Positions 16,893-21,738 of a stretch of DNA of 21,738 nt are shown in pieces. A program made the translations under genes and the position numbers. The first letter of the stretch is position 1, and the number at the start of each line of letters is the position of its first letter. Source of the DNA: a virus (lineage: Duplodnaviria > Heunggongvirae > Uroviricota > Caudoviricetes); IMG/VR virus record IMGVR_UViG_2537561977_000011; one strand, 5' to 3'. The notes below the pieces were generated by a model. The model did no database searches. It worked only from the letters and a program-made list of their open reading frames with translations, and had not been told where the DNA came from.

Positions 16893-17389
16893 GGGATTTC
16901 CCCGCGGGCCAGTGCGTTCTTGACGTCGCTGATCCGCGCCTCGTCGTTAGACGGGAACGTCACCAGACTGACTTCCCAGAGGTCGATTTCTTTCAGCAGA
17001 AAGGCTTCTTTGCTCCGGTCGTATTCCCAGTCTTTCAGGACGTACCCAATAGAAAGGCCGGTTAACGAACCGGCCTTCATGTGTGCATGTGCACGTTTTG
17101 CGAGGGGATCATCATCAATAAGCAACCGTCCCCTGACGTAAAGCCCGACATCGTCTTCCTTCATTTCGGTGTAAACACCGATGGGTTCATCCATGCGGTG
17201 CTGCCAGAGCAGCGCAGGTAACGCTTTTCTGTCACTCCACGCCCGCAGGGAAGCAGCAAATGCCCCGGACATCACCACATCATCGTGGCTGTCCTTTACA
17301 CCAAAGACGGAGCCATACCCTTCAAACTCACCGGAGTCACTGACAGATTTCAGACTCAGCGGTACATCAAGACGTTGTTTCGTCTGCAT
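16889..17389 (-). CDS. HK97-family prohead protease, C-terminally truncated by the IS10-like insertion
   Basis: Lies between portal and capsid genes; ends ...ARGEIP then a stop inside the IS end. Probable start ATG 17389 (AAGGA upstream); the ORF-track start at 17425 has no ribosome-binding site. Confidence 0.8.
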   Translation of the reverse strand: MQTKQRLDVPLSLKSVSDSGEFEGYGSVFGVKDSHDDVVMSGAFAASLRAWSDRKALPALLWQHRMDEPIGVYTEMKEDDVGLYVRGRLLIDDDPLAKRAHAHMKAGSLTGLSIGYVLKDWEYDRSKEAFLLKEIDLWEVSLVTFPSNDEARISDVKNALARGEIP

Positions 17390-18608
17390 TGGCGTTATCC
17401 TTCTGCTTACCGGCTTTACTGCCATCGGAGGGTTTCGTGGTCATGTTCATCGGTGTGAGATAGACATCCCCACCGGGACGCGGATTCATATCTTCCAGGT
17501 CGCGGCAGTCATTGGGAGAGTAAATCCCCCAGTTAATCCCGGTGGCGTAGGCTTCAAAACGGGATTTCATATCCCCGCGCAGTAACGCCCCGGCGTTAAA
17601 TTTGGCGTAAAACTTCCCCTGTTTGCTCTCCCTGACCAGCCCTGTATTGATCCGTTGTTCAATACGGGTCAGATACGGCACAAGGGAATAGTTGATAAAT
17701 CCGAGCCCCAGCTCTTCAATATTGTTGAAAGTGGCGCGATCGGTGTTCTGCACCATGTGCAGCGGCACGCGGAAAAGACGACAGATTTCTTCCAACTGAA
17801 ACTTGCGGGTTTCCAGGAACTGGCTGTCCTCGGCATTCAGTGCCACCGGCTTCCAGTCCAGCCCCATTTCCAGAATCATCGGACGGTGCGCATTACCCAG
17901 CCCAAGATGACGCTCCTCAAAATCCCTCTTCATGCGCTCATAAGCATCCGGCGTGAGCTTTTGTTCCGTGCGCAACACACCGGATGTCACCGCACCATTA
18001 CCAAACAACCTGGCACCGTGCTCCTCGGTTGCCGCTGCCAGTGAAATGGCCTCGCGCGCATATGCAATGGGATTCAGCCCGACCAGTCCGTCCAGCGTCA
18101 GGGTGCGCACATGCCAGATTTCATCCTGGGTCAACACATCCACGGAACCATCCGGAAACGTCACCTGATAAACCGGCTGCCACTGGCTGTTCAGCTTCGG
18201 TTCCACACAGCCCGGATCTATCGGAAGAAGCTCCACAACTTCCCCCAGCGCCTTCACCTTGTAAGCGTAAAAATTCCCCCGCAGACACAGGCAGACGATA
18301 ACCAGCTCCCAGAATTCCTGCGGCGTCATGTAGCCATTGGGTTTTGCTGAAATCAGCTTATGCAGCCGTTCATCCACCGCCCGTGTTTTAAGGGTGCCGC
18401 TGATTTTGTAGAGACTGCAGGGCAGCATACCAACAGACTCAGCCAGCACCCTGACGCAGGAATAGACCGCCGTCAGCCGCATGGCCCGCTGGCTGCTGAT
18501 CCGCTTTCCGGTATAGGTGTCGTATGACAACCCCAGCTCTTCCGCAAGCATCCCGGGCGTTGTGACGGGGGTGTTATTTTTGCGTTGAAAAAGCCCCTGG
18601 AAAAACAT
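17367..18608 (-). CDS. portal protein, HK97 family
   Basis: 413-aa ORF directly downstream of the terminase genes; GGAGGTGA upstream of ATG 18608..18606, which overlaps the upstream stop (TAATG). Confidence 0.85.
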   Translation of the reverse strand: MFFQGLFQRKNNTPVTTPGMLAEELGLSYDTYTGKRISSQRAMRLTAVYSCVRVLAESVGMLPCSLYKISGTLKTRAVDERLHKLISAKPNGYMTPQEFWELVIVCLCLRGNFYAYKVKALGEVVELLPIDPGCVEPKLNSQWQPVYQVTFPDGSVDVLTQDEIWHVRTLTLDGLVGLNPIAYAREAISLAAATEEHGARLFGNGAVTSGVLRTEQKLTPDAYERMKRDFEERHLGLGNAHRPMILEMGLDWKPVALNAEDSQFLETRKFQLEEICRLFRVPLHMVQNTDRATFNNIEELGLGFINYSLVPYLTRIEQRINTGLVRESKQGKFYAKFNAGALLRGDMKSRFEAYATGINWGIYSPNDCRDLEDMNPRPGGDVYLTPMNMTTKPSDGSKAGKQKDNANADETTS

Positions 18609-18790
18609 TACTCACCTCCGGAGGCGACCCGGTGACCGCGATCGAGATAACGCGCAACCAGCCACGACCAGCACAGACACAGCGCCCCGGCAACAACAAA
18701 ACCTGCCGGGGGATAAATCAGCCATGTGCCATACGACAGCAAAAGCGCCCCCAGCACGCCCACCAGTGGCGTGAGAATTATCAGAAACAT
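18608..18790 (-). CDS. small membrane protein (60 aa, two predicted transmembrane helices) between terminase large subunit and portal
   Basis: ATG 18790 with GAGG 6 nt upstream, 11 nt after the terL stop; its stop TAA overlaps the portal ATG; hydrophobic segments [24 protein letters not shown] and [18 protein letters not shown], charged C-terminus. Confidence 0.5.
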   Translation of the reverse strand: MFLIILTPLVGVLGALLLSYGTWLIYPPAGFVVAGALCLCWSWLVARYLDRGHRVASGGE

Positions 18791-18801
18791 AATGACCTCG
18801 G

Positions 18802-20559
18802 TTAAAGCGAGCGAATACCAACGCTGACCAGATGCTCAGACAGATCCGGCTCCGGTTCACCGCCATTGACCAGCATCCGGCTCATTGCTGTAAACATCGC
18901 AACAGGGCCGTCGATTTTGGCTTCCGGCGTGGATTTGTTCGGGAAGATATTGTCGTTTTTGTCCGGTTTCACCGTAACGTTAGACATCATCCAGTTCATG
19001 ACCGGGTGATTACTGTGATGGAAACGCCCGGCATAGACCAGTGATTCCGTTTCCTTCATGGCCTCTGACAGATTGCGGACCGTCTGCGGAACTTCCACCA
19101 GCGGTATACCTTCTTCAGCCAGCGCCAGACTGAACTGCATTGCGCTCCACGGGTCAAATCCCAGTTCCCTCAGGTTTTCACCGCCAATCCATTCCAGTAA
19201 GTCACTTTTTATCTGAGCATGATCGATAACATCACCATCCGTCAGAATCAGCTTATCCATCTCCGCCCACTTCCGGTAAAGTTCTGCCTGCTGCCGCGAG
19301 CATCGTTCCAGCCGTCCTTCCGGAAGCCAGAATTTAAAATCGGCATGAACATGCCCGTTATCCGTTCGCCAGAGTTTTGCCGCCGCACAGATATCAATCT
19401 TATGAGCAAGGTCAACGCCGACCCACATGGGATACGTTTTCAGCTCATGTCGTGGGGCAATGTATTCGCACTTCTCCCACTTAATCATGTCCATCCAGGC
19501 AGACTCTGCTGTTACCCACACATTCATGTGTTTGGTAAAAAAATTCACCCGCGCAGAGACCTGTTCTTTCGCTTTTTTCGCCAGGCGACGCAGATCATCC
19601 CAGCGTTTACAGATGCCCAGGCCGGGATTCGCTTTCTGCCAGACCGTTTCATCAAACGGATCATCTCCCTCATCGAGGGTGTAAATAATCGCAAAGTAGG
19701 AGTCGTCTTTTACCGCGCCCTCCACGTCGCTGTTATAGCCACGCAATACCTTGATGGCGTAATCACGCTGCTCGTAACAAATCCCTTCCTTGTTAAACCC
19801 TGCCGTGGTGATACCAAATAAAAGGGACTGCAGACGGGCACCGGTTGCCGTTTCCAGAACGTCCCACACGTCACGGGTTTTATGTGCATGCAGCTCATCA
19901 ATAATGGCGCAGTGGATGTTCAGACCATCCAGGTTGTTTGCATCTGAAGAAAGCGGTTCAAATTTTGATGCGCTCTGCTCCTGATAAATCGCCAGCTTGT
20001 TGAAATCAAACAACCGCCCGAGTGTCGACCGGGCTTTTCTGACCATATTTTTGGCGTCTTCAAACACGATTCTGGCCTGGTCACGCGTGGTTGCGGCTGA
20101 ATACACCTCAGCCCCGCCTTCACCATCTCGCCCCCGTCATATACAGACCGATACCTGATGACAGGGTTGATTTTGCGTTTTACGGGCGACTTCGTTGTAC
20201 GCTGTCCGGAAACGGCGCACCATCACCGGGCGTCCGCTGCCATCGCTGCGCATGACAACTTCCCCGGTCTCTTCATTCACCAGCGGAATGACAAAACCAA
20301 AAATATTAATGAGGATAAACACATGCCAGTCCATCAACTCAATGGGCTGACCTGCCAGCGCCCCTTTTACATGGGGCACAAATTTGTAGAAATTCAGGAT
20401 GTGCTGCGCACGGGGTTCACTGAAATAAATCCCCCGCTCTTCGCCGTACTTCAGATCATCAAGAAAACGCTGGCAGGCCAGACGGACAAATTCACCAGCG
20501 ACAATTTCTCCTGCAACAACACGTTCGGCGTAGCGGATCCCGTCAGCCACTTTTGCCAT
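18802..20559 (-). pseudogene. terminase large subunit, disrupted: P-loop region out of frame between two compensating homopolymer indels (A-run 20178..20181, G-run 20131..20135) with an in-frame TGA at 20137..20139
   Basis: ORFs 20137..20559 and 18802..20106 are in the same frame, separated only by TGA. The window frame reads ...EVARKTQNQPCHQVSVCI*RGRDGEGGAEVYSAATTRDQ, whereas the alternative frame across the 47-nt interval reads KNAKSTLSSGIGLYMTG, a Walker-A segment. Confidence 0.85.
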
Positions 20560-21041
20560 CAGTCTCTCGCTTTTAAAAGTTCTGCCAGCAGATCAACATC
20601 ATCCGGTCCGGCGATATTTACTTTCGCCCGGCTTGCCGGTGACATACCAAATTCTGCAAGCATCGCCCGGATCCGCTTCCAGGCATCCGCTTTCATCGCA
20701 GCAGCCGGGTGTGCCTTAATCAGCACATCACCGTTCTGCGTTTCCGTGCGGTAGGTATAACCCTCAACATCGAGGGTTTCGCAGTGATGCCGGTATTCGG
20801 TGTAGGCTTCCACCAGCAACTCGAGTGCACGCGCATCAAGCTGAGAAATGATCCCTTCCGCATTCAGCTCTTCCGCCATTCGCCTGAACCAGTACTTTCC
20901 CTGCGCCCCTAAATGCTGCGGAATTTTAGGGAGACCTTTTTCGTCCTTTTTAGCGGTTTTTTTGGCGTCTTTAACGGGACGCTTTGAGGGATTGCCTCGT
21001 ATCAAATGCAGGCGTGGCGGGGTTTTCGGGGGTCCTGACAT
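20559..21041 (-). CDS. terminase small subunit, P27 family
   Basis: 160-aa ORF with GNPSKRP near the N-terminus and FGMSPASRAK near the C-terminus, typical of P27-family TerS; stop TGA overlaps the terL ATG (ATGA). Confidence 0.8.
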   Translation of the reverse strand: MSGPPKTPPRLHLIRGNPSKRPVKDAKKTAKKDEKGLPKIPQHLGAQGKYWFRRMAEELNAEGIISQLDARALELLVEAYTEYRHHCETLDVEGYTYRTETQNGDVLIKAHPAAAMKADAWKRIRAMLAEFGMSPASRAKVNIAGPDDVDLLAELLKARD

Positions 21042-21109
21042 AATCGATTTTACCTATCAATCGCTTGATCGCATTCCCAAAAAAAAGTTTTCGAACCTGC
21101 GGCGATGCG

Positions 21110-21170
21110 AGGAAGGGTTGGCGGGCGGTCCCGGACAGCCAGGGCTGCAGGGATTTGACCCGCCCCTCCC
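21110..21170. promoter_or_regulatory. candidate cos / terminase recognition region: GC-rich imperfect inverted repeat (GGCGGGCGGTC ... GACCCGCCCC) in the HNH-terS intergenic space
   Basis: Arms at 21120..21130 and 21157..21166 separated by about 26 bp; G-rich arms resemble lambdoid cohesive-end sequences; location matches where cos lies in HK97-like genomes. Confidence 0.35.
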
Positions 21171-21188
21171 TACAAGTGAGAATAATTA

Positions 21189-21539
21189 TCACCTGATTCG
21201 TTCGCGCGCTGTTTTCGCTTTATGGCAGGGCCAGCACAGACTCTGCAGGTTGCTGTCTGCGTCTGTTCCGCCATGCGCTTTCGGGATGATGTGGTCGACG
21301 GTTTTCGCCTCGCTCACCACACCGACACGCAGACACAACTGACACAGACCTTTATCGCGCTTCAGAATACGGGCACGAATCACCGTCCATTTTGAGCCAT
21401 AGCCACGCTGGTGGCGGCTCAGTCCGCGCTGGTGCTGCACCCAGCCTTCACCGCGATGCTTATCGCAGTAACCCGAACTGTCTGTGGTTGTACCTGCACA
21501 TCCACGCTTACGGCAGGCACGTGGGATTAGTGATGGCAT
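21189..21539 (-). CDS. HNH endonuclease (packaging-associated)
   Basis: 116-aa ORF; GAGG 7 nt upstream of ATG 21539; N-terminal Cys4 cluster (CRKRGC...CDKH) and C-terminal HNH motif DHIIPKAHGG...N...LCWPCH; directly upstream of terS. Confidence 0.85.
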   Translation of the reverse strand: MPSLIPRACRKRGCAGTTTDSSGYCDKHRGEGWVQHQRGLSRHQRGYGSKWTVIRARILKRDKGLCQLCLRVGVVSEAKTVDHIIPKAHGGTDADSNLQSLCWPCHKAKTARERIR

Positions 21540-21582
21540 AAATACCTCATACCCTGCGAAATGTTTACCACGATAAAAAGGC

Positions 21583-21738
21583 TACTTAATGCACTGAGTG
21601 CGGATATACTCCTGTGCCCCTTCCAGTTGCATCTGCATCGTCATCAGCCGCTCTCTGAGGGTGAAATAATCCCGTTCAGCGGTGTCTGCCAGTCGGGGGC
21701 TGGTTGCGATTATCCACGCCGGAGGCGGTGGTGGCTTC
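21583..21738 (-). CDS. Rz-like i-spanin, C-terminal part (5' end beyond window), with Rz1-like proline-rich coding overlapping in another frame
   Basis: Open frame to TAG 21585..21583 reads ...SPRLADTAERDYFTLRERLMTMQMQLEGAQEYIRTQCIK*, matching the lambda Rz C-terminus as recalled; the same frame upstream reads KPPPPPAWI (Rz1 hallmark) while a different frame reads EATTASGVDN (Rz-like), implying a frame switch near the C5 run around 21695. Edge coordinates may be off by 1. Confidence 0.55.

Noticed and set aside
18612-18866. 84-aa minus-strand ORF overlapping the terL 3' end
   Set aside because: Alternative frame of terL and of the small membrane gene; no start context; the 60-aa ORF fits the intergenic space exactly.
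19219-19821. 200-aa plus-strand ORF
   Set aside because: Antisense to the terminase large subunit; explained by the opposite-strand gene.
1-21738. Integrase, attachment site, tRNA or rRNA genes
   Set aside because: No tRNA-like cloverleaf candidates, rRNA-like segments or recombinase-like ORFs were recognised; the window is internal to the prophage late region.

Overview
The window is almost entirely a minus-strand late (morphogenesis) operon of a hybrid lambdoid prophage, most likely from an Escherichia/Shigella-type host. Reading right to left: the 3' end of an Rz-like spanin gene, an HNH endonuclease, a GC-rich candidate cos region, terminase small (P27 family) and large subunits, a small membrane protein, an HK97-type portal, prohead protease and major capsid gene, neck/connector genes, then a Mu/P2-like contractile tail module (sheath, tube, G/GT chaperone with a -1 slippery site, tape measure, DNA-circulation N-like protein, baseplate gp44-gp48 homologues, side tail fibre, tail fibre assembly protein). 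Two insertion sequences interrupt it: a 768-bp IS1 with a perfect 9-bp target duplication splits the tail fibre gene, and a ~1.29-kb IS10-like (IS4 family) element with a 9-bp duplication truncates the prohead protease. The terminase large subunit, major capsid and tail tube genes each carry apparent single-base homopolymer frameshifts (terL also an in-frame TGA), so the prophage looks defective unless these are assembly errors. An AT-rich moron with its own terminator, encoding a predicted secreted/lipoprotein of unknown function, sits between the tape measure and baseplate genes and is the best candidate for an undescribed accessory function. No tRNA, rRNA, CRISPR array, integrase or att site was seen. 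All assignments are from reading the sequence and recalled family motifs; no database search was run.
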